From NCBI GenBank assembly GCA_945865815.1, contig CAMBFR010000001.1, positions 69 through 64,068 on the forward strand: 64,000 nt of DNA. Direction: 5' to 3'. Source of the stretch: Candidatus Sulfopaludibacter sp. SbA3 (GTDB taxonomy: Bacteria; Acidobacteriota; Terriglobia; 20CM-2-55-15). The notes below the pieces were generated by a model that was not told where the DNA came from, searched no databases, and saw only the letters and a list, made by a program, of their open reading frames with translations. Numbering within the stretch: position 1 is the first letter of the stretch; every line of letters starts with the position of its first letter. Both the position numbers and the translations under genes were made by a program. Positions 10,332 to 20,673 of the stretch are shown piece by piece.

Positions 10332-12968
10332 TCATTGTCCGCGCTGAATCAGCCGGATTGCATCTAGGCGGAGCCGCGCGTTCGTCAGGTGTTCGTCCAG
10401 CGCATGGCGCTGCGTGGCCAGCAACTCGATTTCCTCATTCCGAACACTGCGATTCACTTTCTGTAGTTCCGCCAGGCGCGTCATTTCGTGTGCAAGCTGC
10501 GCGGTCATTTCCTTGCGAGCCAAGGCGACGATGCCCTTCGCATGGCCACCCGCAATGCTCTCCGCCTTTTCGAGAAGAAACGGAAGCAGGTCCTCGCGCA
10601 ATTCCGGTTTCTCCAACAGCGCGTGCGGGTCAGCGATTTGCAAACATCGCGCCAGCATTTCAGGAGTGATGGAACTGCCGGCATCACTACCTTGATGATC
10701 CACCAGCACACGCAGCGGAGTCGGCGGCAGAAACCGGTCCACATGGAGATGTGGCGGAGCGACGCATTCAAGCAGGTAGATCGCTTCCACGTATATGCCG
10801 GCAACCCGGGTATCCGGCCAGTGGGCGAAGCTGCTGTTCCCTTTCTCGGACCCTAACAGAAGATCGAGCGCTCCGGTAACGAGTGGATGGTCCCAGGTCA
10901 GGAACTGAAGATCCTCGCGGGCAAGCGCCCGCTGCCGGTCGCAGGTGACTGTGAATCCCCCGGAAGGCAGGCCCGGAAAGGAATCCACGAGCACTCCGGC
11001 CGAGCCCAGCCTATACGTCCGTTGCGCCACCTCTTCGACAGCAAGCATGTAGTGATCGAAGACCGAAAGCATGAACGCTTCCAGGGACGCATCCGCATCC
11101 TGGCTTCGAATCTCATCGCCGAGCCTCGCGGCGGCCTCCGGGCGAAATGAATTCAGCTCGAGCAGTCGATCCCGGCCCTCGTGCAGTCGTGCCGCTATCT
11201 CGCTGTAAGCCTCTTGTGTCTCCTGAATCAGGTGATCCAGCCCGGCTTCACCCGGATTCTGCGCGAGGCCGTACACTCGCGCGCCAAACCGCTCGAGCAG
11301 TTCGTTACCGCCCTGCAGGTTTCTCTCAAACGCGCCCAGTCCTTCCTGATACCAGCGCGCCAGAACTTCCTGTCCGGTGCCTGCGATGAAAGGCACATGC
11401 ACCTGGATTTCAGAAGTCTGCCCGATCCGGTCGAGCCGGCCGATTCGCTGTTCAAGCAGTTCCGGATCGAGCGGAAGATCGAATAGAACCAGGTGGTGGG
11501 CAAACTGAAAGTTGCGGCCTTCACTGCCTATTTCCGAACAGACCAGAAGCTGCGCTCCGTGATCCTCCGCAAACCACGCCGCGTTGCGGTCTCGCTGCAC
11601 CAGCGAGAGCCCCTCGTGAAAGACGGCGATCCGTACATTCTTGATTCGTCGTCGAAGAGCGGTGTCGATGGCCGCGACCTTGGCCTGGGTGCGGCAGATC
11701 AAGAGCACCTTGGCCGGATCCAGAGTCCGCAACAGGCCGGCGAGCCACTCGATCAGTGGAGTCTCCGAAGGATGCGCGGCCAATGGATGCATTCGCACAA
11801 CGCGTTTCGGGAAATGCCCGATAGTCGCGCGCGTGTTTCGAAAGCTCACCCGGCCTGGCCCGTGCTGGTCGAGCAGGGCGTCAAGCTCTTCGATGTCGTG
11901 TAAATTCCCGGCGCGGCGCGCAACGTCGCGGTATTGATCCACTTCGTTGATGAATTCGCCAAGGTCGTAAAAGCGATCCGGATCCAGCAGGCGCAGGCGC
12001 GCGAAGTGGCCGGCAATGCCGAGTTGCTCCGGAGTCGCCGTCAGGAGTAGAAGCCCCGCAGTCTGCCTGCCAAGGGCTTCGACCAGCGCGTATTCCGGGC
12101 TGACGTTCTCCGGTGACCATCCCAGATGATGGGCTTCGTCGACCACGAGGATGTCCCATCCGGCCTCCAGCGCCTGACGGGTCCTCTGTTCGCCGGCGCT
12201 CAACAACCCGATGCTGCAAAGCACGAATTGATCTTCAAGGAATGGATTGTCTTCCGGATTGACGGCTTCGATGGATTCGCATCGCTCCTCATCGTAGATG
12301 TGGAACCAGAGGTTAAAGCGGCGCAGCAATTCCACGAACCACTGATGCACCAGCGATTCCGGCACGAGGATCAATACACGCTGCGCACGGCCCGTAAGGA
12401 TCAGCCGATGAAGAATCAAACATGCTTCGATGGTCTTCCCGAGCCCGACTTCGTCGGCGAGCAGGACGCGCGGGGCCAGCCGTGCCGTCACTTCGGACGC
12501 GATATAGAGCTGGTGTGGAATAAGATCGATCCGGCCACCCACAAATCCCCGGACCCTGGATTTACGCCGCCGGTGCTGATGCGTGAGCGCGGTCACTCTC
12601 AGATCGAAAACTTCCGGCGGATCCATTTGTCCGGCAAACAAGCGCTCTTCGGGCTCGTTGAAACTGATCGCATCGCTGAGCTCGGTTTCACACAGTTCCT
12701 GTCCACCGAAACCATAAAAAAGGAGTCCGTTTCGTTCGGTGACCGACTGGACGATCAGAGGAGTGTGGTCGTTCCTCTTGATTGTGTCGCCGACGCGAAA
12801 GTGCACCCGGCGAAGCGGCGCATTGGCGCGGGCGTACTCCCGCTTCTCGCCACTGACCTTGAATACGGCCGTGACCGTTCGATCGGTAACGCGCAGGATC
12901 GAACCCAACCCGAGTTCGGGCTCACTCTCGCTGATCCATCGCTGACCCGGATGAAAGTCGCTTCGCAT
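10332..12968 (-). CDS. rapA: RNA polymerase-associated SNF2 ATPase RapA
   Basis: GQRWISESEPELGLG N-terminus, LADEVGLGKT, DEAH, SEIGSEGRNFQFA and EQRIGRLDRIGQ. Confidence 0.93.
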   Translation of the reverse strand: MRSDFHPGQRWISESEPELGLGSILRVTDRTVTAVFKVSGEKREYARANAPLRRVHFRVGDTIKRNDHTPLIVQSVTERNGLLFYGFGGQELCETELSDAISFNEPEERLFAGQMDPPEVFDLRVTALTHQHRRRKSRVRGFVGGRIDLIPHQLYIASEVTARLAPRVLLADEVGLGKTIEACLILHRLILTGRAQRVLILVPESLVHQWFVELLRRFNLWFHIYDEERCESIEAVNPEDNPFLEDQFVLCSIGLLSAGEQRTRQALEAGWDILVVDEAHHLGWSPENVSPEYALVEALGRQTAGLLLLTATPEQLGIAGHFARLRLLDPDRFYDLGEFINEVDQYRDVARRAGNLHDIEELDALLDQHGPGRVSFRNTRATIGHFPKRVVRMHPLAAHPSETPLIEWLAGLLRTLDPAKVLLICRTQAKVAAIDTALRRRIKNVRIAVFHEGLSLVQRDRNAAWFAEDHGAQLLVCSEIGSEGRNFQFAHHLVLFDLPLDPELLEQRIGRLDRIGQTSEIQVHVPFIAGTGQEVLARWYQEGLGAFERNLQGGNELLERFGARVYGLAQNPGEAGLDHLIQETQEAYSEIAARLHEGRDRLLELNSFRPEAAARLGDEIRSQDADASLEAFMLSVFDHYMLAVEEVAQRTYRLGSAGVLVDSFPGLPSGGFTVTCDRQRALAREDLQFLTWDHPLVTGALDLLLGSEKGNSSFAHWPDTRVAGIYVEAIYLLECVAPPHLHVDRFLPPTPLRVLVDHQGSDAGSSITPEMLARCLQIADPHALLEKPELREDLLPFLLEKAESIAGGHAKGIVALARKEMTAQLAHEMTRLAELQKVNRSVRNEEIELLATQRHALDEHLTNARLRLDAIRLIQRGQ

Positions 12969-12983
12969 ATTCTCAGTCTACTT

Positions 12984-13391
12984 GTGGGCACGGGGCTGAA
13001 GCCCCGCGCCCTCGAGTTTGGACATTAGCATCTACGTCTTCAACCTCATGCTTCATGCACACGCATGTTGAGCAAGCGAAACGTGAGTCCAAGCTCCCCT
13101 CCTGTTTTAGGAGGGGTGGCTGCGCCACCAGGGAAATGGTCCCGTTCCTTACTGGCGCAGACGGGGTGGTACGGAATGACGCGAAGCCACGTTATGGATG
13201 CCCGCGCAGCGCTCATTCAAATCGGTGCGCTGCGCGAATATCTATAGGGTGGCTTCGCAGCATGTACACCACCCCGCCGTTCGCTGAAAAACGCGCGAAC
13301 GGCACCCCTCCTAATCCAGGAGGGGAGTTTTTGCGCTACCCTCCCACAAATGTCCAGACTCCGGTGCACGGGGCTGAAGCCCCGCGACCAC
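12984..13391. mobile_element. Nested non-autonomous repeat composite (REP - MITE-like TIRs - inner palindromic element - REP)
   Basis: GCACGGGGCTGAAGCCCCGCG at 12984-13011 and 13364-13391. TIRs GAGTTTGGACATT (13014-13026) and AATGTCCAGACTC (13349-13361). Inner IRs CTCCCCTCCT..AGGAGGGGTG (13094-13119) and CACCCCTCCT..AGGAGGGGAG (13303-13327). Confidence 0.75.
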
Positions 13392-13416
13392 AGGCCCTAA
13401 CTCAGGAGTTCCTCTC

Positions 13417-14862
13417 ATGTTATCTTTCTCGCGCATGGACGTTCTAAAAAAGCTCTTCGAGGAGCATTTCCACATGCCGGCCGAGCGGGTGCAGCCGCTG
13501 CAGGGTCAGCTTGGCGGCTCCGGACGTAACATCGTCCGGCTCTCAAGCGAAAGCCGCAGCGCGATCGGCATCATCTACCCTGTGCGTGAAGAGAACGTCG
13601 CATTTATAGAGTTTTCACGGCATTTTCGAAAACACGGGCTGCCTGTGCCGGAAATTTACGGGGAAGATCTGAGCCACGGCGCTTACCTGGAAGAGGATCT
13701 CGGGAACACGACGCTTTTCGAGTTCCTGTCGGACAATCGTGCCGGCGAAAACGTCGCTCCACAGGTGATCGAGGCCTATAGCAAGGTTGTCGCGGTATTG
13801 CCGCGGTTTCAGATCGAAGCGGGCCGCGATTTGAATTACAAGGTCTGCTATCCGCGCGACAGCTTCGATCGCCAGTCGATTGCCTGGGATCTGAATTACT
13901 TCAAGTACTATTTCCTCAGGCTCGCCGGCGTCGCCTTCAACGAGCAGGCGCTCGAAGATGATTTTGTTCGTTTGACTGATTTCCTGCTGACCGCCAACCG
14001 CGATTATTTTCTCTATCGCGATTTTCAGTCACGCAACGTGATGCTGCGAGATGGCCAGCCATTCTTCGTGGATTACCAGGGCGGACGAAAAGGCGCGCTG
14101 CAGTATGACATCGCTTCCTTGTTGTACGATGCCAAGGCCGACCTGCCTCCCGGCCTCCGCCAGCAATTGCTCGATCAATACATCGACACCATCGGCGAGA
14201 TGGCCGCGATCAAACGCCCGGCGTTCATGGAGCACTACTACGCCTATGTCTACGTCCGCATCATGCAGGCGATGGGCGCATATGGCTTTCGGGGCTTCTA
14301 TGAGCGCAAGCCTCATTTTCTGCAGAGCGTCCCGTACGCCCTGAAGAACCTGCGGTGGCTGCTTCATCATGCCGAGCTGCCGATCGCGCTGCCGGCCCTG
14401 GTCAGCGCGTTCAAGAGCATGGTGGGCTCCGGGAAGTTGCAGGGCCTGGCTTCCGAAACAGGAAACATGACGGTTCGGATTTTCAGTTTTTCATATCACC
14501 GCGGCCTGCCGAAGGACGAGACCGGCAACGGCGGCGGCTTCGTGTTCGATTGCCGGGCGCTGCCTAATCCGGGCCGGGAGGAGCGCTACAAGGATTTAAC
14601 GGGCAAGGACGAGCCGGTAATGGATTACCTCAATCAGCAGGAGAGCCTGCATCAGTTGTTTTCCAATGTCATGTCGCTCGTGGATGCAAGCGTGAGCACG
14701 TACCAGCGCCGCGGCTTCAAGAATCTGATGGTGTCGTTCGGCTGCACCGGTGGACAGCATCGTTCCGTATATCTGGCGGAACAGTTAGCGAAATATCTGG
14801 GCGGCAGAAGCGGTGTCGAAGTCGTGGTGCGGCATCTCGGGCTGGAAGCCCTCGGCAAATGA
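13417..14862 (+). CDS. AmgK/APH-like phosphotransferase fused to a RapZ C-terminal domain
   Basis: EEDLG, YRDFQSRN, DYQGGRKG, YDIASLL, then FSFSY..GLP, FVFDCRALPNP and FGCTGGQHRSV; start could be 13435. Confidence 0.85.
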   Translation: MLSFSRMDVLKKLFEEHFHMPAERVQPLQGQLGGSGRNIVRLSSESRSAIGIIYPVREENVAFIEFSRHFRKHGLPVPEIYGEDLSHGAYLEEDLGNTTLFEFLSDNRAGENVAPQVIEAYSKVVAVLPRFQIEAGRDLNYKVCYPRDSFDRQSIAWDLNYFKYYFLRLAGVAFNEQALEDDFVRLTDFLLTANRDYFLYRDFQSRNVMLRDGQPFFVDYQGGRKGALQYDIASLLYDAKADLPPGLRQQLLDQYIDTIGEMAAIKRPAFMEHYYAYVYVRIMQAMGAYGFRGFYERKPHFLQSVPYALKNLRWLLHHAELPIALPALVSAFKSMVGSGKLQGLASETGNMTVRIFSFSYHRGLPKDETGNGGGFVFDCRALPNPGREERYKDLTGKDEPVMDYLNQQESLHQLFSNVMSLVDASVSTYQRRGFKNLMVSFGCTGGQHRSVYLAEQLAKYLGGRSGVEVVVRHLGLEALGK

Positions 14863-15590
14863 AGGCGATGATTTTGGCAGCCGGGCTTGGCACGCGGTTG
14901 CGGCCGCTTACCGACAATCGTCCTAAAGCATTGGTGGAAATAGCCGGCCGTACGATGCTGGAGATTACGCTCGCGCGGCTCCGCGCCGTTGGGGTCGGCG
15001 ACGTGATCGTGAACGTGCATCACTTTGCCGACATGGTTGTTGATTACCTGAAGGCGAACGACAACTTCGGCATGCATGTCGAAGTTTCTCGCGAAGAGGT
15101 CCTGCTCGACACCGGCGGCGGCTTGAAGAAAGCCGGCTGGTTTTTTAGCGGCGGCGATGAACCGTTCATCCTGCACAACGTCGATGTCATCAGCACGATT
15201 GACCTCCAGCGGATGGTCCAATTTCATACGGACAATCAGTGCCTGGCAACGTTGGCGATGCAGCAGCGGAAGACCTCCCGCTACCTGCTGTTCGACGAGC
15301 AGCAACGGCTTTGCGGACGGCAGGCGGGGCCCGGCCGGCAACCTGAGCTTGTTCGATCGCCGCAGCATACCGAGGCGCTGGCTTTTTCGGGCATCCACGT
15401 TATTTCTCCCAGCCTTCTTCCGATGCTGACTGAAGATGGAGTCTTCTCGATCATTTCTGCATACTTGCGCCTCGCCGCCCGAGGAGAAAAGATTCTCGCC
15501 TTTCGAGCTGACGAATATTATTGGCGGGACCTCGGCAAGCCGGAAAATGTGACGCAGGCTGCCGAGGATTTGCGAGGTAAGGCCCTTTGA
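14859..15590 (+). CDS. MurU-like sugar-phosphate nucleotidyltransferase
   Basis: MKAMILAAGLGTRLRPLT..PKAL, LLDTGGG and HNVD; translationally coupled to the kinase gene. Confidence 0.88.
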   Translation: MKAMILAAGLGTRLRPLTDNRPKALVEIAGRTMLEITLARLRAVGVGDVIVNVHHFADMVVDYLKANDNFGMHVEVSREEVLLDTGGGLKKAGWFFSGGDEPFILHNVDVISTIDLQRMVQFHTDNQCLATLAMQQRKTSRYLLFDEQQRLCGRQAGPGRQPELVRSPQHTEALAFSGIHVISPSLLPMLTEDGVFSIISAYLRLAARGEKILAFRADEYYWRDLGKPENVTQAAEDLRGKAL

Positions 15591-15613
15591 GCTTACGGCG
15601 ACGGATTAGCTGA

Positions 15614-16243
15614 ATGAATCTACCGCTCACACACATATTCCAGCCGGCTCGCTCGCCGTCCCAACAACTCGTCATCGTCCTGCATGGCCGGGGTGATTCC
15701 GCCCAGGGTTTCCTTTGGCTGCAGGATGAACTGGCAATCGATTCCCTCGACTTCCTCTTGCTTAACGCGCCGGGCTCCTATTACACGGGCTACAGTTGGT
15801 ACGACCTTCCGCCGGATCAGCTTCCGGGAATTCTGCGGTCTCGAAAGCTGCTCGAAGACGTGTTTCAAGAGACGGAGAGCAGCGGATATCCGCCGGAGCG
15901 GACGTTTCTGCTGGGATTCTCGCAGGGCTGTCTCATGACATTGGAATTCGGAACACGGCATTCGCGGCGGCTCGCGGGTTACATAGGGATCAGCGGGTAT
16001 TCCAACGAACCCGAAGCGATCGTTCGAGAGCTGAATCCGGAAGTGAATCAAGGCGATTGGCTCATCACGCACGGCACTCAGGATGAAATGTTACCGGTCG
16101 AACGAACCCGAGCGCAGATGCAGTTGCTCCGCGACGCGGGTTTCAAACTGGACTATCGGGAATACAGGAAGACCCATACGATCGATTTTGAACGAGAACT
16201 GCCGGAGATCCGCGAGTGGATGCAGGCAAGAATACTGAGGTGA
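15614..16243 (+). CDS. Phospholipase/carboxylesterase (alpha/beta hydrolase)
   Basis: LHGRG, GFSQG nucleophile elbow, HGTQD and C-terminal His. Confidence 0.9.
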   Translation: MNLPLTHIFQPARSPSQQLVIVLHGRGDSAQGFLWLQDELAIDSLDFLLLNAPGSYYTGYSWYDLPPDQLPGILRSRKLLEDVFQETESSGYPPERTFLLGFSQGCLMTLEFGTRHSRRLAGYIGISGYSNEPEAIVRELNPEVNQGDWLITHGTQDEMLPVERTRAQMQLLRDAGFKLDYREYRKTHTIDFERELPEIREWMQARILR

Positions 16244-16246
16244 TAC

Positions 16247-17890
16247 CTACACGTACGCGGCATACTCCGGGTTGTACATCTCGTTACGGATCTGTGCCGC
16301 CAGATCATCCGGACGAACCATATCCGTGAGACCGCGCTGGAAAGCCACATCCGCGACAGCTGCAGCAATAGCGGCCGACACGTTTCGGATGTGTCGAAGT
16401 TCAGGATAAATGCGGCCATGCCGGACGTCTTCTTCCGTAACCAGCCCTGCCAGGGTCTTTGCGGCCACGAAAAACATTTCGTCAGTCACGCGCCTGGCCG
16501 CGCTGGCGATCACGCCCATGCCGACACCCGGGAATATGTATGCGTTGTTGCATTGACTTGGTTGATGACTGTGGCCGTCAATCGTGACTGGAGAGAATGG
16601 ACTGCCGCTGGCAAAGATGGCTCTGCCTTGTGTCCATGTATAGGCCTGCTCGGCCGTACACTCGGAGCGGGAAGTGGGGTTGGACAGGGCAAAGATAACC
16701 GGCCGCTTGTTCAGGCTTGCCATGGCTCTGACGACGGGTTCACTGAAAGTTCCAGGCATGCCGGAAGCGCCAATAAGCATATTGGGCTTGAGCGTCTCGA
16801 CAGCTTCGAGCAGGTCCGACACTGGCGCGTGATCGTGTGCAAAGTGAAGTTTGTGCTCTGCCAGATCGTTGCGGCTGCTGACGACCAGGCCTTTCGAATC
16901 CACAAACCAGCACCGGCGGCGTGCCGCGGCCTCGGAGACGCCCACAGTTTTGAGAGCTTCGACAATGAGATGGCCAATGCCGATACCTGCCTCACCGGCG
17001 CCAAAGAGCAGGAAAGTGCTGCTCGCGAGATCGGCGCCGGACACACGAAGGGCCGAGTAGAGTCCCGCCAGGGTGACTGAGGCAGTGCCCTGGATATCGT
17101 CGTTGAACGTGCAGGCCCGATCGCGATATCTCTCAAGCAACCGAAAGGCATTCGTGTTTCCGAAGTCCTCGAACTGGATACACACGTTGGGGAACACCTC
17201 CTGTGCAGCCGTGAAGAATTCCTCAACCAGTTCGTCGTACGCCGGGCCACGCAGGCGGTTTTGCGGCAGACCGATGTACATGGGGTCGGCGATCAGCTCC
17301 TCGTTGTTGGTTCCAACGTCCAACATGACCGGAAGACATTTCTGAGGCGCTACGCCAGCGCAGGCGGTATAGAGCGAGAGCTTGCCGACGGGAATGCCCA
17401 TTCCGTTGGCTCCAAGATCGCCCAGGCCGAGGATCCTTTCGCCATCGGTAACAACGATCATCCGAACGCCGGGTTCGGGCCAGTTCTGCATCACGCGTTT
17501 CACGCGTCCACGATCCTTCATCGATATGAAGAGTCCCTGTGGACGCCGAAAGATGAGCGCGTATTTCTGGCAGGCCTGCCCCACAGTGGGCGTATAGATG
17601 AGCGGCATCATTTCATCAAGATTGTCGATGACAACGCGATAGAAGAGAGCCTCGTTTCGTTCCTGAAGCGAAACGAGGTACGTGTATTTGTCCAGGTCGT
17701 TCTGTTTTCGCCGTATATGGCCCAATATCCGGGACAGCTGCTTTGCCTGAGTCGTTACCTTCGGAGGCACCAGGCCACGCAAACCCAACGCGTCGCGCTC
17801 CTCCTCCGTAAATGCTGTCCCTTTGTTCAAACGCGGGTCGTGCAACAGATCCACTCCGCGTTTTCCATGAAGATTAAGGTTCGCCGGCAT
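16247..17890 (-). CDS. NAD-dependent malic enzyme
   Basis: NKGTAF, IYTPTVG, VTDGERILGLGDLG, FNDDIQGT and LSNPT; ATG 17890 chosen as start. Confidence 0.95.
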   Translation of the reverse strand: MPANLNLHGKRGVDLLHDPRLNKGTAFTEEERDALGLRGLVPPKVTTQAKQLSRILGHIRRKQNDLDKYTYLVSLQERNEALFYRVVIDNLDEMMPLIYTPTVGQACQKYALIFRRPQGLFISMKDRGRVKRVMQNWPEPGVRMIVVTDGERILGLGDLGANGMGIPVGKLSLYTACAGVAPQKCLPVMLDVGTNNEELIADPMYIGLPQNRLRGPAYDELVEEFFTAAQEVFPNVCIQFEDFGNTNAFRLLERYRDRACTFNDDIQGTASVTLAGLYSALRVSGADLASSTFLLFGAGEAGIGIGHLIVEALKTVGVSEAAARRRCWFVDSKGLVVSSRNDLAEHKLHFAHDHAPVSDLLEAVETLKPNMLIGASGMPGTFSEPVVRAMASLNKRPVIFALSNPTSRSECTAEQAYTWTQGRAIFASGSPFSPVTIDGHSHQPSQCNNAYIFPGVGMGVIASAARRVTDEMFFVAAKTLAGLVTEEDVRHGRIYPELRHIRNVSAAIAAAVADVAFQRGLTDMVRPDDLAAQIRNEMYNPEYAAYV

Positions 17891-18161
17891 GATCAATACT
17901 CTCTTTCCTTGGTCGAGATGGACATGAGCTTTGAGAATATTCTCTGATCCACGAATGCGAAAGGGCAATTTGAGGGTTCCAGTGAGATCTTCGGGGGACA
18001 ATTCAGGATAATCGGATGACGTTAGCCGCATTCTGAACGACAGAATTCGGTCAACGTCACTCGATTACATAAAGACTCTATCGCCTTTATCGTTGCAGCG
18101 CGATCTTCCCGGTAGGTAAACTGCGCCCGCAAGAAATGACTATTTCCCTAAAGGAGTTCGA

Positions 18162-18470
18162 ATGCTTTTTCTCATTAAGGTTTCCATGCCTGTTGAATCG
18201 GGGAATGCCGCTGCTAAGGGTGGCTTCAAGATCATCCCGCAAATTCTGGAAGAGCAAAAGCCTGAAGCCGTCTACTTTGTGGCTGAAAATGGCGTGCGAA
18301 CGGCATTGATCTTCATCGACATGAAAGACGCCTCGCAGCTTCCAGCAATTGTCGAACCCTGGTTCCTCGGGCTGAACGCTTCGGTCGAGGCCACACCCGC
18401 GATGCGCCCCGAAGATCTCCAAAAGGCGGGCCCCGCCATTAAGCAAGCTGTCAAAAGATACGCCAGGTAG
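18162..18470 (+). CDS. Small conserved hypothetical protein (DUF3303/GYD-like)
   Basis: AAGGAG RBS; KPEAVYF..NGVRTA and P.IVEPWF..LNA.V...P.M..EDL pattern. Confidence 0.7.
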   Translation: MLFLIKVSMPVESGNAAAKGGFKIIPQILEEQKPEAVYFVAENGVRTALIFIDMKDASQLPAIVEPWFLGLNASVEATPAMRPEDLQKAGPAIKQAVKRYAR

Positions 18471-18752
18471 ATAGCCACACCGCTGGGCGTTCCGTGCCGA
18501 TTGCCGCTCATCGATGCCGGGGTGTTCGCTTGCCGCCACTTCGACTGCGGGTACAAGCGGAAGACTCCTATGAGCATCGGTCAATCGCCATAAGGCCGCC
18601 CAGCGTTTACGAATCCGGCGCCGATCAATGGCTCTACCCTTCGCGTTTCGCGACTAATGGCCGCGGACATGTTTTCCCCAGCGATCCACCATCTCGAAAA
18701 GCGCAGACCGTTACGTCCTTGCCCTCCTATGCCTTCGCGCCCGGACTGATCT

Positions 18753-19910
18753 TCACATCGTGAACATGAACATTACCGAGAAACGGTTCGATTTTAATGC
18801 CCCTGGCGGCACCTTCGTCTGCTTTGTGTAATCGACCGATACATTGATATTTCCGCGAACGTAAGCGATCAACGCCAGGGCCACCGATTGAGTCGAGGCC
18901 AGACCCGAATTGGACTGGACTGACTCGTAGCGGAACACCGGCACGACGGGCACGGGCGTCGGCGTTACGTAGAGAGTCTGGAAATACCAAGCGGCGTTTT
19001 TTTGGCTGCCGAGCGTCGTTGTGAGGTCCTCCTTCGCGCGGTACCACAGAGCATTGACCGTGAAACCGTGGCTGTCCACCTGCAGATCGGCTCCGGCGCG
19101 AGAGTATTGCTGAATTCGTGCCGGGGCGGCGAGTTGCTTATCACCAATGAGCGAGAACCCTCCAATGCTCACGCCGCCGGGCAAATCGTAGGCGGCCCGG
19201 AAAAGGTAGTCCTTTCTATCTGTCCCGGCGGGATCCCCCGCACCCGTGCCTGCACTGGCACTGTAGAAGAGCTCTCCAGCGCGTCCGTAGAAGGTCGCAA
19301 ACGGTGTCTCATCGCGAAACCGATAACCCGACTGGAACCTGGCGCCGTTCGGCGAGGGCCTGTCCTGGGTAAGGCGGCGGCTCGCAAAGGTGTTGAACGG
19401 GTCGGCGAAGGTTAGCGGCCCGTAGCCTCCGAGAAAGTTGACTTGCGCGCGCGGGTGCCACCCCGCTACAAGGTCCGACAGCTCCACCTCCCAACCTGCT
19501 TCGTCTTCGGCCTCCAGGTTCGCAAAGTACGAATAGTTGTCGACTGCGGAATCGGCTACATAAAGCTCCAACTCGTGAACAACCTGCATCCGATAACGCT
19601 GGTCGGTGTTGCGTTTGACAAACGGTCTGCCCTGGACCCGAAACGACATCGGTAGAACCCCGGGCAGCACCAGGCGGTCATCGATCACGACGTCGCCAGG
19701 GTCCGCCGTAGTCCTGGGCGCCCTATCCAGCCGGTAGCCATTCTCCTTGAAGGTCCGGCCGAACTCGTTGAGAAGCGGCCACGCAGAATGGCACTGATTG
19801 CACGCGAGTTGGTGTTTTCTCGAAAAGGCGGGAATTGCTTCAAGGTCCGCCGGAACCATCAGGAACCCAGCTAACATGATGCAAACTGTTATGATCTTTT
19901 TCATAATCAT
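18753..19910 (-). CDS. Cyc2-like monoheme cytochrome-porin fusion
   Basis: Signal peptide, then AIPAFSRKHQLACNQCHSAWPLLNEFGRTFKENGY; beta-strand-rich body ending FSVMFMFTM. Confidence 0.75.
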   Translation of the reverse strand: MIMKKIITVCIMLAGFLMVPADLEAIPAFSRKHQLACNQCHSAWPLLNEFGRTFKENGYRLDRAPRTTADPGDVVIDDRLVLPGVLPMSFRVQGRPFVKRNTDQRYRMQVVHELELYVADSAVDNYSYFANLEAEDEAGWEVELSDLVAGWHPRAQVNFLGGYGPLTFADPFNTFASRRLTQDRPSPNGARFQSGYRFRDETPFATFYGRAGELFYSASAGTGAGDPAGTDRKDYLFRAAYDLPGGVSIGGFSLIGDKQLAAPARIQQYSRAGADLQVDSHGFTVNALWYRAKEDLTTTLGSQKNAAWYFQTLYVTPTPVPVVPVFRYESVQSNSGLASTQSVALALIAYVRGNINVSVDYTKQTKVPPGALKSNRFSVMFMFTM

Positions 19911-19924
19911 TCCCCTCTCTCTTC

Positions 19925-20643
19925 CTATTTGGTTTGTCTACCGCTCATAATCGCCATATTGGCGACCCGTTCTTTCAACTCCAGCAAGTACTCAGCGACC
20001 GCACGAATCTGTTCGGCGCTGAGACGCCCGTTGTACGCGGGCATCACTTTGCCTTTGCCGCTTGCGATTGTGGCTTCGATCTCGTCAACAGGAGGCTTCC
20101 ACCCCGGATCAGTGAATCGTGGCGATCGTTTTGCGATCGGTTTTGGAGTTCCATTCTCACCGTGACACTTGGCGCAATGGTCGGCGTAGACCATTGTTGC
20201 GGACTCGGGAAATTCCGTATCCATTTGAATCGGTCGATCGGTGTTCCACATCGGCTGCCCATCGTGATCCCGAACGACAAAGACTGCGCTCGTCGTCCGG
20301 ACTTCACGCGCAAGCAGGATTTTGCGGGCCTTGACAACAACCTGCACTCCTAAAACCGTGAACATCCCGCCCGGCTTGAGTTTGAAGCCGCTGCGTTTAA
20401 CAAACTCTTTCGGGCCAATTTGTACTTCCATGATGTCGTCCGCTGTCTTGAAGGCAAAGTACAGAAGACCCTCGACATCGTTTTCTTTGCTTTCTACCGA
20501 ACCCTCAAACACCCGTTCGGCTAACACGTCGTATCGAAGGGCGTCGAGATCGCCAGCGGGCCGACCAAAGGCCCCGCTCCAATGGCCGTCAGCAGAAGCA
20601 TTGCTGAGGCGACGAAGGTAGCAAAGACAAGTTTTGTCTTCAT
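19925..20643 (-). CDS. Exported OB-fold (MamS/MamX-like) plus class I cytochrome c fusion, with a 1-nt frameshift near 20572-20575
   Basis: Signal peptide from ATG 20643 (MKTKLVFATFVASAMLLLTAIGAG) lies in a different frame from YDVLAE..FEGSV, VQIGP, LAREV, CAKCHG and MPAY. Confidence 0.7.
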
Positions 20644-20673
20644 AGCAGTGTCAATTCTTCTTGAGGTTTGGGA

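Noticed and set aside
13055-13447. 130-aa ORF between rapA and the kinase gene
   Set aside because: It is a translation of the nested repeat element.
17891-18031. N-terminal extension of the malic enzyme ORF
   Set aside because: Family similarity starts near ATG 17890; the extension has no recognisable feature.
18471-18752. Intergenic region with a CGCTGGGCG/CGCCCAGCG inverted pair and short ORFs
   Set aside because: A 9-bp GC-rich pair can arise by chance, and the ORFs lack an RBS or motifs.
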